Shown in pieces: positions 25,831 to 38,373 of a DNA stretch of 64,000 nt. The notes below the pieces were generated by a model. The model was not told the DNA's origin and ran no database searches. It worked only from the letters and a program-made list of their open reading frames with translations. Numbering within the stretch: the stretch's first letter is position 1; each line of letters starts with the position of its first letter. The position numbers were made by a program, and so were the translations under genes. The stretch comes from Octopus sinensis (Eukaryota): the NCBI RefSeq assembly GCF_006345805.1, contig NC_042999.1, positions 85,374,001 to 85,438,000 on the forward strand, in the 5' to 3' direction.

Positions 25831-26745
25831 ATTGATTCTGCTGACAGTAAGCTTTCACAATCTCATATTCTTTCTATGACAACCTTTATAAGTGACATCT
25901 TTATTTCTCTTACTTTACATTGTCACCAAGTGCAAAGGCACTGGTGCCATTCCAAACCTATTTCTACCTAACTATATCCCAATTCGTACACCAACAATTT
26001 TACAATACAGAATACCATCTACCTCCTTTCTTGATAAATAAGCATTTCATATGTTAATATTGTTTATATATCAGGACTACATAATACCATTAATAAGAGA
26101 GTTCTCTATGTAATTGCTGAACCTGCAAGCAATAGCAGCCAAAACCTTCCTTAACCCTTCAGCATTCTGATTGCTCTGTCAAATGTAATGCTTATATATT
26201 CACATTTTTTGAATTAATGATGCATTATCTCATAGCTTTGAGACATTGATGATACCATTGTTTACTTTTACAATGATATTGTATGCGTGAGAGGGTGCAT
26301 CAGGCCAGTTTACATATAAAACAGGTAAAATATTTGGGCCAGATATGACCTGTTTAAATGCTAAGATGTTAAACCACACCCTGAAGTCTTAAAAAAATTA
26401 ACATACTGGTCAATATGATTCTAGATAACACATTTTCTGGCATACAAGTCAAATTTTTCAGACCAAAATTTACAGCCAAAAAATGGGAGATCAGTTTATA
26501 CACCAAGACAACTTTGAAGGACTACAACTTCCATGTGAAATGCAGCAGGATTTGGAAAGGTAGTGACAACATTTGAGTGTTTAGACTACATGTTTACATT
26601 ATATTCTAATACAGTATATAAAAAGATAAGGGTTGGAAATTCTTTGATCATAGATCTCCTCAATCAGGACTACTAAGGCTTCAGTAGCAAGAACTATTTA
26701 AACCTTAATTTTAATAAGATTAAAGTACAAAGTATAATTACTCAC

Positions 26746-26794
26746 GAAAATGTCATAGTGTCAATCAAGTTATCCATAGCCTCCAGCTGTGCAT
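26746..26794 (-). CDS. XRCC5: Ku80 exon 13 (AQLEAMDNLIDTMTF)
   Basis: Similar to AQLNAVDALIDSMSL; tacag acceptor, gtgagt donor. Confidence 0.9.
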
Positions 26795-26847
26795 CTGTAA
26801 AATGATTTAAATGTAAATAATTATACCATTCAACACTTCATTAAATA

Positions 26848-27404
26848 TTGGGTTGTCCGGAAAGTTCGTGCCGATTTATAGTAGCTTACCTTTCGACTTA
26901 TTTTAGAACATGGTTGAGTCCATAAAATAGGATTTGACTACACCTCCATTTTAAGCTATCTTTTCATGGAAGAAGGTTTATGTTCCTATAACTTGTGTTA
27001 ATTTTGTAACCCTTTAAAATGGAAGATAAGAAAGTTCATTTTCGGCACTTGATGCTTTGGGAACCACACAAAAATTGCTGCAGCTCAGCTGGGATGTGTT
27101 ACCCCCACCCTCCATATTCACCAGATATTGCTCCTTCGGATTTCCACTTATTCAGGTCTCTGCAGAATAGTCTTAATGGTAAAAATTTCAATTCCTTGGA
27201 TGACATAAAAAGATACCTTGATGAATTCTTTGCCATGAAACCACCTCAATTCTGGGAAGGGAGTATTTTCAAGTTAAAAGAAAGATGGAGACACATTGTG
27301 CAACAAAATGGTCCATATTTGGTTGATTAAAAAATGTAATGGCAAGTATTTATTGACCTTTTTCTTTCTTTTAAAAATCGGCATGAACTTTCCGGACAAA
27401 CCAA
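26848..27404 (+). mobile_element. Internally deleted mariner element with intact TIRs and TA target duplication
   Basis: TIRs ttgggttgtccggaaagttcgtgccgattt / aaatcggcatgaactttccggacaaaccaa; ORF contains HPPYSPDIAPSDFHLFRSLQ. Confidence 0.92.
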
Positions 27405-27656
27405 TATTTATATTAATTCAAAAAATATCAGCTAACATTATCAAAAACTACATTAAGTGAGCTTTTAAGTAGCTGTTTAACCAGCTAAAAATATAAGTCA
27501 AATTTCTCTCAAAACACCCCCCACCATCTTTAAAAAAGAGAAGACATAGTCCTGGATATATATACAAGAAAGTCATAGCTGGAACTCCTTTGAGCATAGG
27601 TCTGTTCATACAGGACTGATCAATAACTAAACAACACTAAAGGATTCCAAACTTAC

Positions 27657-27762
27657 TTGATGGTTTGAACTTCTTCGGATTGTCACAGCTATCCACTGGA
27701 AGTGGGTCAAATTCACAATTAAGTATGTCTTCAAAAAATGGTAATTCGTGATATATCATACA
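27657..27762 (-). CDS. XRCC5: Ku80 exon 12 (CMIYHELPFFEDILNCEFDPLPVDSCDNPKKFKPS)
   Basis: LPFxED motif; canonical splice sites. Confidence 0.92.
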
Positions 27763-28164
27763 CTGAAGAATTGAAAGAAAAAAGAAATCAAATTACATGT
27801 AAACCACAATAAAAATATAAATTAAATGAACTATGAAAGTGTTGTTTGCAAGAAAAAACCGAGAGAGAATATTTAGTGGATAAAAGAAAAGCTGTAATAG
27901 AGTAAAACAGACATGGTGCAGTGAGTAGAAATGATTGTTATACAGGTACAAAAACTGATAGGTTATAATAACAAATTCAAACACTGGAACAATGGCATAG
28001 AAAATATTTAAATCAGAAAAGAATAGAAAAACGGATTGACAGAAACAATGATAATAGCAACAATGGTAATGATAATAATTAAACATTAAAAAGAAAACTA
28101 GAAATATAAAAGCACAACTCAGCATTTAGTATTTACTGCAGTATATGCCGTTTGTATTAAAGAC

Positions 28165-28482
28165 TGGCCTCATGCCGGTGGCACGTAAAAAGCACCATCC
28201 AATCGTGGCCGTTGCCAGCCTCGTCTGGCCCCCCGTGCCAGTGGCACATAAAAAGCACCATCCGATCGTGGCCGTTTGCCAGCCTCGTCTGGCACCTGTG
28301 CCGGTGGCACGTAAAAAGCACCCATTACACTCACGGAGTGGTTGGCGTTAGGAAGGGCATCCAGCCGTAGAAACATTGCCAGATCAAACTGGGCCTGGTG
28401 CAGCCTTCTGGCTTCCCAGACCCCAGTTGAACCGTCCAACCCATGCTAGCATGGAAAGCGGACGCTAAACGATGATGATGAT
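28165..28482 (+). mobile_element. RTE-3'-end-derived short retroposon with internal ~60-bp tandem units
   Basis: Units gtggcacgtaaaaagcacc..., ends ggacgctaaacgatgatgatg. Confidence 0.75.
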
Positions 28483-28830
28483 AAACCAGGTACCGAGAAA
28501 CATTCTCAATCATTGAGAAACCACAACTATAAAAAGAACTTTGGAATGTAACACGTGAGATAGTCGAAGGATTACTGTAATTAAAATGTATGTAAGACAT
28601 TGTATTCAATGATGTAAAAATGGATACGTTTGGTACAAAGGTATTTCAAATTGAATATAAAAGGTAAGCTAAATGAAATAAACTGGGATTTAAAAGGTCT
28701 TTACATATGAAATAACATAAAAATCATGTCCTCAGAAAAAAAATCTACATTACAAACTCTTCCTCTATAGAGAAACAGACCTACTAATGATGACAACCAG
28801 TCATTATTAGAAAGAATAAATCTCCCTTAC

Positions 28831-28968
28831 CTCATAATCATTTTTGATATGTGGTTTAAGACAACCAATTCGAGGTCCTGAACGTGCATCATAAACTCTT
28901 CTTACAATAGCAAGCATATTAGTTTCAAATAATGCATTAACCAAAGCTGAGAAAGCAACAGATGTTAC
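28831..28968 (-). CDS. XRCC5: Ku80 exon 11 (VTSVAFSALVNALFETNMLAIVRRVYDARSGPRIGCLKPHIKNDYE)
   Basis: Strong similarity to the Ku beta-barrel segment; 138 nt, phase 0-0. Confidence 0.95.
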
Positions 28969-29467
28969 CTTTAGGAAGGAAAAAAAAATAACATTTACAT
29001 TTAGTATAACAAAAACGTCATTTGAGATAAAAACAAAAAGAATAAGTTAAAAACAAAATTAACATCAATAAAGAGAAATTAAGTGACTATAGATTGACGC
29101 ATACATATAGATCTTTAAGAAAATACACCCACAACTTATAATAAACATTATATCTTTTTTTTCTTACTCAACCCTCCTCACTGTCTTATCACTCTCTAAC
29201 TCTTACTAAAAACCTGATGCTACCTTTCACTTCCCTAACAATGTCCGTACCCTCTCTCAACAATAAACCTGTGTAACCCCAATAAAATCTGTCTTGAACC
29301 TTAATGAACCATCCAACCCATGCTGACATGGCAGATGGACTGATCCATTCCATTACTGGATCCACCTACTCAACCCACCTCATTACCATTTCCACTTTGT
29401 CCTCTCCCTCTCTTTTTCACACTAACCTTTAACATTACTTATCCTCTTCACATCTCCAACACTCTTA

Positions 29468-30290
29468 CAAGGGTGTACCAAAGAGAAACTGGAGTTTTAC
29501 ATTATTTTATTCACTTAGTATTACATGTTTACACTTTTATCACCTTCAGAGTATTCCCCATTTGAAACAATGCATCAATCCAGGTGCATTTTTCACTTTT
29601 CAAAGCAGTCCTGAAACTTTTGCAAAGTCATGCCTTTTTTTCTTTACCTCTTCTACATTTGCAAATTCCATAGCACTCGCTTTCGTCACCAGTGATGACC
29701 TTCAAAAAAATGTGACTGCTTTTGGTCTTCTGTGAGCAAGCAAGGTACGAATTTTGCTGCAACTCTAATCATTCACAATTCCCTGCTCAAAATTCATTGG
29801 CAGGAGCTCCAGGACACACCAGTCACATCAACAAGTTCATCAATTGTTCAATGCTATTCCTCCAAGACTAGTCATGAATTTTTGCAATGTTTTCATTCAT
29901 TCAGGAGGTTGATGGTCGCCCTAAACAAGGTTTATCTTCAAGCAAAAAGTCACCATTCCTAAAGTGTGAACACCACTTGTAAACCTGTGTTTTGCTCATG
30001 ACAGCATCCTTGTAAGTTGTTTGAAGCTTGACAACTGTTTTCCCCAGCAGAAAACAGAATTTCACAGAAGCACATTGTTCCTTCATTACAGTCTTTGCAA
30101 AAATCGACAAACAGGTGAGAAGTACTGCAAAACAAAGACGCACCACATAGCAGCATGACTCCACCCAGTGACACTGGTTAGCAGACTGATACCTGAGGGT
30201 CACATCAAGTGGCTTCTAACAGTAAAAGCCTGAACTACAATGGGCTTGTCGCACAGAGAATGTTCCTGGTTACTTTTGGTTACCCTCTTG
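29468..30290 (-). mobile_element. Degenerate mariner element remnant
   Basis: MKEQCASVKFCFLLGK...QVYKWCSHFRNG...GRPSTS N-terminal HTH region; imperfect TIRs caagggtgtaccaaa / tttggttaccctcttg. Confidence 0.8.
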
Positions 30291-30860
30291 CACTTCTGTT
30301 ATTCTCCTCATTAACATCCTCTCACAATAAATTTATTCCTTTCTACCATCCTCCCTTTCACTTCCCAAGCTGCATGGTGACCCCAACTGCTGGTGCCACA
30401 ACAAGCACCTACTACACTCTGTTTGGTAATCAATTTAAACAGTGACAACTCAGAGCTGAAGATGGCTCTTTCATGTTGCTAAATGTAAGGCAATCTCTAT
30501 AGTGCTGATACTATAAGAAAATGTATCCAGTACACTCTGTAAAGTGGCTGCTGTTATCCAGCTATAGAAACCTTTGACCACTGAATCCTGTTGAATTATC
30601 TGAAACATGCCAGCAAGGAAAGCAAACATAAAATGACAATGGTGGCAGTGATGATGGCACCAACAGTGACAACAATGATGAATTTTTAATTATAATCTGA
30701 ATCTTCAGAGACGAATTACTTTATTATGAAAAGAAAAATATTCATTTTTTTCAATTATACCATCAGGTGCATTTAAATGCTGTGCAAAACACTTTTATCA
30801 TTTACAAACGAAAACGTTTTGTTTTAATGGCAATAATTACAAAAATATTAAATAACATAC

Positions 30861-30923
30861 TTGATCGGTTGGTTCTGCTATTACATACATAGTACTATCT
30901 CCCATGTAACTATAAACTGGAAC
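30861..30923 (-). CDS. XRCC5: Ku80 exon 10 (VPVYSYMGDSTMYVIAEPTDQ)
   Basis: 63 nt, phase 0-0, tgcag acceptor and gtatgt donor. Confidence 0.9.
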
Positions 30924-31067
30924 CTGCAACAACAAAAAAAAATAATGCAAATAATTTCACTTTTTAATGATTCTCTTAACAACATATCTTTTATTTTTTT
31001 TACTTATTTCAGCCAGACTGCAGCCATGCTAAAGAACTTTAGTCAAACAAATCAACCTCAGTATTTA

Positions 31068-31740
31068 CAGTGTACTCCCGCTTATTCTTGGAACTGGTAA
31101 CTGTTCACGGAAACCACCACATATTCACAGAATCGTAAATATTGTCCGCGATTTTTTATGGCAATATATACTTTTCCACACATTTTAAGGCTAAATTATT
31201 AATAATAATATACCGTATTTGCCAGTTTATTGGACATCCCTTGACAGCTGAAGATCCCTCAGATTAGAATAACCGCGCATCACATCGCTCAATTTTTTTA
31301 GATACAAGTACACAGTATCATATATCTCTTATTCTTGCTTTCAATCAAAGCATGCTAATTAGTATAGCAACTACCAGTGCATTTTTTAAATTCATCACTA
31401 CATTTGATTATAAACAATGTTTATTTCAACAGGATAATTTTTAGGGTCGTGAGGCAATATAGCCTCATTGAAATCAGGTTACTTGCTGGTCCCTTTCTCT
31501 CTCTCATTATTATTATAGTATAGATTATATAGTATGTAGTATATGGTGCTTTCGTTGACAACATAATAGCAACCTACTGCAGTGTAACTTTTACCTTCCC
31601 GGAACATATCCAGCAGTTGTGCCTTCTCATGGAGCATCATAACCTTTTTCTGGCACATAGGTTCACTGCCAGAACTCTTAGAAGGTGTAGGACATTCAGG
31701 TGGCATCTTAGGGCTTTAATAACATGCTGCAAAAAACACA
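31068..31740 (-). mobile_element. Tigger/pogo-like DNA transposon remnant (CENP-B-type HTH)
   Basis: KKVMMLHEKAQLLDMFREGKSYTAVGCYYVVNESTI; ta-cagtgtactcccg terminus. Confidence 0.7.
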
Positions 31741-31779
31741 GCACTCAACAAAATACTGAAGATAGTTACTGGATGCCAT

Positions 31780-32453
31780 TTACAAGCAGGTGGCCAAAGC
31801 ATCATGGTTTGGGGTGTTACAGACCTGAATCAGAGAACTGGGCCCCATGTGTTCCAAAATGTTGGTGCAGGCAGAGGGAATGGCATCACAGTGCAGCGCT
31901 ATGTTGAGCAGCTCCTAAGACCTCATATCATGCTCTTCTTCACACATCAACATAGCCACATGTTCCAGCAGGACAATACTCCCTCCCACATGGCTAGGGT
32001 CACCATGAACTTCCTGCGTCACCACAATATCAGAACCAAGCCATAGCCAGCTCTCAGCCTGGATTTGTACCCAATTGAACATTTGTGGGATGAAATCCAA
32101 AGTCGGCTGAACCAGGTGGTCCCAAGGCCGACAACTCGTGTGGAGCTGGAGGCAGTTTTACTCAGGGTGTGGGCACAGGTGCCAATGGCTTTTGTGAACC
32201 ACTTCATGTACTCTATGTATGGCCGTTTTGAACACCAAGTCAGTGCATACACAGTATTGAACATATCACGCCCTACAATCTCCATGTGTTGGATCTGCCC
32301 ACTACCATAACACATGACAACAACCCATAGACTGTGGTCAAAGTGCATCTAAGAAATTGACTTTATCAGATTTATCAAAATTTATCTCTGACTAATGAAA
32401 CTAAAACATTTCACAGTCACATATGTTTTGCATTTCTTTTGCAGTTCAGTGTA
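31780..32453 (+). mobile_element. Tc1-like transposase 3' remnant with right TIR
   Basis: FQQDNTPSH...LDLYPIEHLWDEI with a stop; ends tttgcagttcagtg-ta. Confidence 0.85.
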
Positions 32454-32850
32454 TAATGTAGGTATAAAAAAGGAATGTTAGAGAAGATAAAGTGAAGAAT
32501 AATGAAATGCAGTTTGAATTTATGACAGGAAGATGAACAGCTGATACAACTTTTATTGTAAGGCAATTGAGCCATAAAGGAACCTATGTGTGGTTGCTTA
32601 GGAGAAGAAGAATGCAGTAAATTAACATTTTTATAATAAAGTTATATTTGATAATATATAATTATATTTGATAATATTCATTGTTTTAGTCTGGGTAAGC
32701 ATTAGTGCCCACCTTGTCTACACAGATGACACATCCCTGTGAAAAAGCTTACATAAAACCAAGACTTTGTATTTAAAAGTAAAACTCAGGGTAAACTACA
32801 GCAGCAAAGCTTACATCTGATAAGAGTAAGTTACTAACAGTTTTACTTAC

Positions 32851-32951
32851 ATTTTCCTTGGATGTAAAACCAAGTACTGTAAAACATTTTGCGCTTTTAT
32901 ATTTTTCACTCATTTCAGAGATAGGAACAAGAGTAGAGCCATAGTAAAAAC
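32851..32951 (-). CDS. XRCC5: Ku80 exon 9 (GFYYGSTLVPISEMSEKYKSAKCFTVLGFTSKEN)
   Basis: GxxYG and KCFxVLGF motifs. Confidence 0.95.
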
Positions 32952-34084
32952 CTAAGAAAAAATTAAAATATGTCATTTCATGACACAATAGAACAAAATA
33001 TTACATCACTTTACAGCACAATAAAATATTCATACATTAAGATTGTAAAATGATTTTATAAATTAAATCTTTCCTGAAAAGAAAATATATTTTTTGAAAA
33101 ATACTGAATTTAAATTTCTAAAACAAAGAAAAGGGTTATTGTATAGCAACCCTCTTCTTTGTTGTACTTTTAATATCTTTCTCCAAGTTGAAATGACAAA
33201 TACATGTGCATAAAACAGCCCAAGTGATCTATTTCATTTTAAGTCTTTTTCTGCTACATTGTGTGCACTCTCTACAACCAAAGCACATCAATTCTACAAT
33301 ACCACTCCATTACATATCATCACAGTTACCCCTTGCATATATCAGGTAATACTTTTAATAATCCAGCTCTTATACTCCATGTTTTGCAAACAACTTGCAC
33401 ATGCAAGTGCTACCAGTTGAAAGCTCTGCATACTGGAAGCCAACAAGTGTATGGGGTCATCAGGAGAGAATGCGTGCTATTTCAGGGCCTACATCTCGAT
33501 GGCATCATTGCACACTGGCCCCCACCTCATTGATATGTGATCCCACTTGCTAGATCAACTGGTTATCAAATAAAGCTCAATATTCTTCTAGCCATCACTC
33601 ATCTTTTTAACCAAATCCAGTGGCTAGCCTTTTCCACTGCAGTTTGGATATTGGTCATGGCAGTATTTACTTTACTATGAATTAGGCCTAACAATAACAA
33701 CAGTCACCTCACACCGTGTCCAACAAATTCTCTACATCCAACTTCGATTGGAAAATGCTCTGCTTTCCAGTCTGCACCTTCACATTTCTCAAGGAGGTTT
33801 ACATAACGGTCAGTCTTTCAAGCCCAAGCAGCATCCATGTTATCTTTGTGAGATTACAATTATATCACAATCTGTTGTGTATAAGAAATATCAGCTTGCT
33901 TGGAAACAAACAAAGATTGGTGACAAGAAGGGCATCCTGCTATAGTAACTCTGCATCAATGAATTCCATCTGACCCATCCAAACAAAAAAAAATGGGCAT
34001 TAAAACAATGATAGTGGTAGTGGTCTTTATGATAAAATTTCTTGCATGTAAACTTAAAAATAAAACCCAAAATAGCAAAATTAC

Positions 34085-34220
34085 CAGGAACAGTGTCTTG
34101 GTACTCAATTTCTGTTTCATTTTCATCATTCAAATGCAAAGTTCTTGATTCTTTGAGTGCAGCTGCTTGATCATTAGCAAAAACTTTCTTCCAGCTTTGA
34201 GCAGGCTTGTAACCTTTCAA
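34085..34220 (-). CDS. XRCC5: Ku80 exon 8 (LKGYKPAQSWKKV...LNDENETEIEYQDTVP)
   Basis: LNDxxETE motif; phase 0-1. Confidence 0.92.
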
Positions 34221-34627
34221 CTAAATGAAACAAGAGAATAAACAAAGTTGAATTTCGTTCAAATAATTAGAATAGTTGTTAATAAAGTTCAGTCAATAAA
34301 TCATCTAAATTCAATTAATAGTAACTAGAGCTAAAAATAACTGGTAAATTAATAACAAAGTATGAACATCAAAGTAAATACTCTACACCTAGTCTGTTGT
34401 CATATAGTCATGAGTTCAAATCCTACTAAGGTCTTCTTTATTTCTTCAGGTTTGATCAAACAAGCCTTATTTTACTGAGTATCAATTTATCACCACAATG
34501 GCACCTAGAGTTACAGAGGAGCTTGGGGTTGGATCTAACTTCAGGTGACTTATTTTCTTACGCTAATGTGAACAAATATTTTAAAATGCATATCAAATAC
34601 TCAAGGTCTAAATCTAATTATTATTAC

Positions 34628-35095
34628 CATCGTTTAACGTCCGCTTTCTATGCTGGCATGGAGTGGACGGTTTGATTGAGGACTGGTGAGCCAGAGGCTG
34701 CACCAGGCTCAATATGATGTGCCAAAGTTTCTACAGCTGGATGTCCTTCCTAATGCCAACCACTCCAAGAGTGTAGTGGGTGCTTTTACATGACACCAGC
34801 ATGAGGGCCAGTCAGGCAGTTCTGGCAACGACCATGCTCAAACGGTGTTTTTTACGTGCTACCTGCATGGGAGCCAGTCCGGCGGTACTGGCAATGACCA
34901 CGCTCGAATGTTGTTTTTCACATGCCACCGGCACATGTGCCAGTAGGGCAACTCTGGCAATGATCACACTCAAATGGTGCTTTTCACGTGCCACCACACA
35001 GGAGCCGATCTGTGGCCCTGGCAACGATCACGCTCGGATGTGCTTTTAACATTCCACTGACACAAGTGCCAATCAGGTGGTACTGTCATCAGCCA
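34628..35095 (-). mobile_element. RTE-3'-end-derived retroposon with tandem ~58-bp units
   Basis: catcgtttaacgtccg start plus repeated ggtgcttttacgtgccacc-type units. Confidence 0.7.
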
Positions 35096-35253
35096 CGTCA
35101 GCAATCTGCTTTATCCATAAAAATAGACTATACTCATTGGGTTCCAAATAAATGGAGTATTAACTCCTGTAAAAGATTCCTGCACACCAGGAATATAAAA
35201 CTCGATAATGGCTTGAAATTTTTTCATTGTTTTCAAGTGCTAGTCAGCTATGT

Positions 35254-35480
35254 TTAACCCTTTCATTATTAGATTTTTTTTTAGATGCTCTGGGTTTCTT
35301 TCAATTAATTTTAAATATAATAAAGAATTTAGTAAAATAACTTAATTATCATTAAGCTAAAGTTAAGAACATAAATTGGGACTAAGGTTTGATGGAAGAT
35401 TTTAATTCAGAACTTATGAAAAGATGTTTGTACCACAGAGCCAGAGGCGGTTTCAGCTGGTTTGGTATCAAAAGGGCTAA
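35254..35480. mobile_element. TTAA-flanked CCC...GGG (piggyBac-type) MITE; similar at ~26150-26372, 39010-39200, 48200-48425
   Basis: ttaa-ccctttc ... aaaaggg-ctaa termini. Confidence 0.5.
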
Positions 35481-36050
35481 GTAAACCTATCACTCAAATG
35501 TAACTGATATGACCCTTTACATACAAATGTAACATTTTTAATGCGATACAGTGAAATGCCAAGTTTCAGTCCGGTTCTGGGAGAAAATTGTATGCTACAT
35601 TATACAATGATTGCTTATGTGAAGTGTATATTATCCATTTCTTTGCATTCTAGGGTCGTTTAAGATGTCTATAAATGGTAAAAATATATTAATATGGGTT
35701 TGTAACCCAGCAAAGAATTTATGTAGGTGTTATAAATGTTTTTATTATCATCAACAATTAAAGTCCATTTTCCATGCTGGCATGGGTTGGGCGGCTTGAC
35801 AGGAACTGGCAAGGTCAGGGACTGTACCAGGTTCTATTGTCTGTTTTGGCTTGGTTTCCATGTCTGGATGCCCTGCCTAATGCCAACCACTTAACAGATT
35901 GAACTGGGTGCTTTTTGGATTTGCATCATGTCAGTCATAACTCCTCACCCATACTGAAGACAACCCATCTAGGAAGCTGGACACACCAAACAAACGCAGC
36001 AGTAAATGAGAAAATGAAAGCAATATTACATACCAAAATTGGATTATTAC

Positions 36051-36162
36051 CTTAATATAACCACAAATTGGAATTGAAAGATTGCTACCAATTTCCAGAT
36101 TACATTTCCATGCTGAGGAACTATGGTGTTTTGTAAAGACATTTGGTCTAGACAATGCGTCA
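36051..36162 (-). CDS. XRCC5: Ku80 exon 7 (DALSRPNVFTKHHSSSAWKCNLEIGSNLSIPICGYIK)
   Basis: WxxxLxIGSNLSI motif. Confidence 0.95.
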
Positions 36163-38259
36163 CTGCAACAAATAAAACAAATATATAAGACTGTGTTAAA
36201 AAGAAAATGTTTAAAACAATTTATATAAGCTAAAAACTTAGATTGGGATGATGTAGTCACGTTATCGAAAAAGACACCTACCACATCATCCTCATCGTTT
36301 AACATCCACTTTCCATGCTAGCATGGGTTGGACGTATGACTGAGGGCTGGCGAACCAGATGGCTGCACCAGGCTTCAATCTTGATCTGGCAGAGTTTCTA
36401 CAGCTGGATGCCCTTCCTAACGCCAACCACTCCGAGAGTGCAGTGGGTGCTTTTACGTGCCACCGGCACTGGGCCAGTCAGGCGGCACTGGCAACGACCT
36501 TGCTCGAATCTTACCCATATATAAAAAATGCCTTCAAAGCACCAAGACACTCAAAACAGTAGATGATTAGCCTAATATCAGAAATAGATATCCTCCTGGA
36601 AAGAGCACCAGTCATTCACAAAAAACATCATCCCAAGACCCTATAACTTACCAACTTGACCATTTCACCTTTAATAATTTGAGAAAACTAGGTACTTTAG
36701 AAACATGTACTACATCAATTTACAAAAATGTACTTTTGCACATCTTAAAAACAAATTAATGAGTGAGTGAAGGAAGGGGTAGTGGATATATGAGATCTGA
36801 TGCAATCTTGTGTTAATCAGGCAGTGCGATGGGTAAGTTGTACAAGGTACTACTACCAACAAAGAGAACTCAATACAGGTTATTTGATGGACAAGAATTT
36901 TATTGAAGTAACTGGACAACTTTTATGCCTCTGAAGGGCCAGTGGTTTCATGCCAGTTGAAAATCTTCAAATTAATAAAACACTGAAGAACTGAAGATAT
37001 TACAGTGTTCAAGAGGTGGGGGTAGAAGGTTTGTCTAAAGAGAGATGTGGGTATTGATCTATTTAATTTTTAGCTTACTTCAGTTTTGTTTTGATTTAGT
37101 TGGCTTTTATGTTTAGTACAGAAAATTTGAGTGCTTAATTGTGGCGGTATGTATATGTGTGCATCAACACACAGCCACATTCACATCACTGACTATGCTC
37201 CGAAGAAACTATTTCAATTATTTAAAAAGCACCATTCGAGCGTGATTGTTACCAGCGTCGTCCTACTGGCACTTGTGCAGGTGGCATGTGAAACATCATT
37301 CGAGCGAGGTCGTTGCCAGTGCTGCTGGACTGCCCCCTGTGCAGGTGACATGTAAAAGAAGACCATTTGAGTGTGGCCACTGCCAGTACCACCTGACTGG
37401 CCATCATGCCGGCAGCACATAAAAAGCACCCACTACACTCTCAGAGCGGTTGGCATTATGAAGGGCATCCAACTGTAGGAACTCTGCAGATCAAGATTGG
37501 AACCTGGTGCAGCCATCTGGTTCGCCAGTCCTCAGTCAAATCGTCCAACCCATGCTAGCATGGAAAGCAGACGTTAAACGATGATGATGATGTATTTATA
37601 GAAATATATGCATATATGTGCATATGTATGTATATAGATATGTGCATATGTATGTATATAGATATATGCATATGTGTATATGTATGTATATAGATATATA
37701 CATATGTGTATATGTATATATATATATATAGATACATGCATATATGTGTATATGAATGTGTGTAGATGTATGCATATATGTGTATATGTGTGTAGATATA
37801 TGCATATATGTGTATATGTGTGTAGATATATGCATATATGTGTGTAGATATATGCATATATGTGTATATGTATGTGTGTAGATATATACAGGAGTCCCAT
37901 CTAAAATTTAAATTGATTCAAAATTGAAGACATGCAGCAAGAAGTGATTAGGTCTTGCAGCAAGAAGTTACTATTCTTTGTAGTTACAGTGGTAATTTTG
38001 AAGATCTTTCAGACTTATTAGACCTCTTCAGCATATAATAATCTAACATACAACTGAATATTTTAGAATGATCTTTTGGTATAAAAATTATCCATTGATT
38101 AAGCAATATAAAATAATAGCAACATTATTTTAGATAATGAAAACATGTTAAAAATCAGCAGCATATGATGATACCAATGATATATGTATAAATGAAGATA
38201 TGCGCTGAGAGAAAAACTGATATACATCTTAAATGCAAGAGAAATGTATTTTTACTCAC

Positions 38260-38373
38260 TGAAAAGAGTAATTATGTCCTTTGACCATAGAATACATTTG
38301 CTCAATAATAGTTTCTGCTTCTTTCTGTTGTTCATCGCTGACTTGATTGATATCGCCTGTAGATTTTGGACTT
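38260..38373 (-). CDS. XRCC5: Ku80 exon 6 (SPKSTGDINQVSDEQQKEAETIIEQMYSMVKGHNYSF)
   Basis: EQQKE...YSF similarity; phase 2-2; gtgagt donor. Confidence 0.85.
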
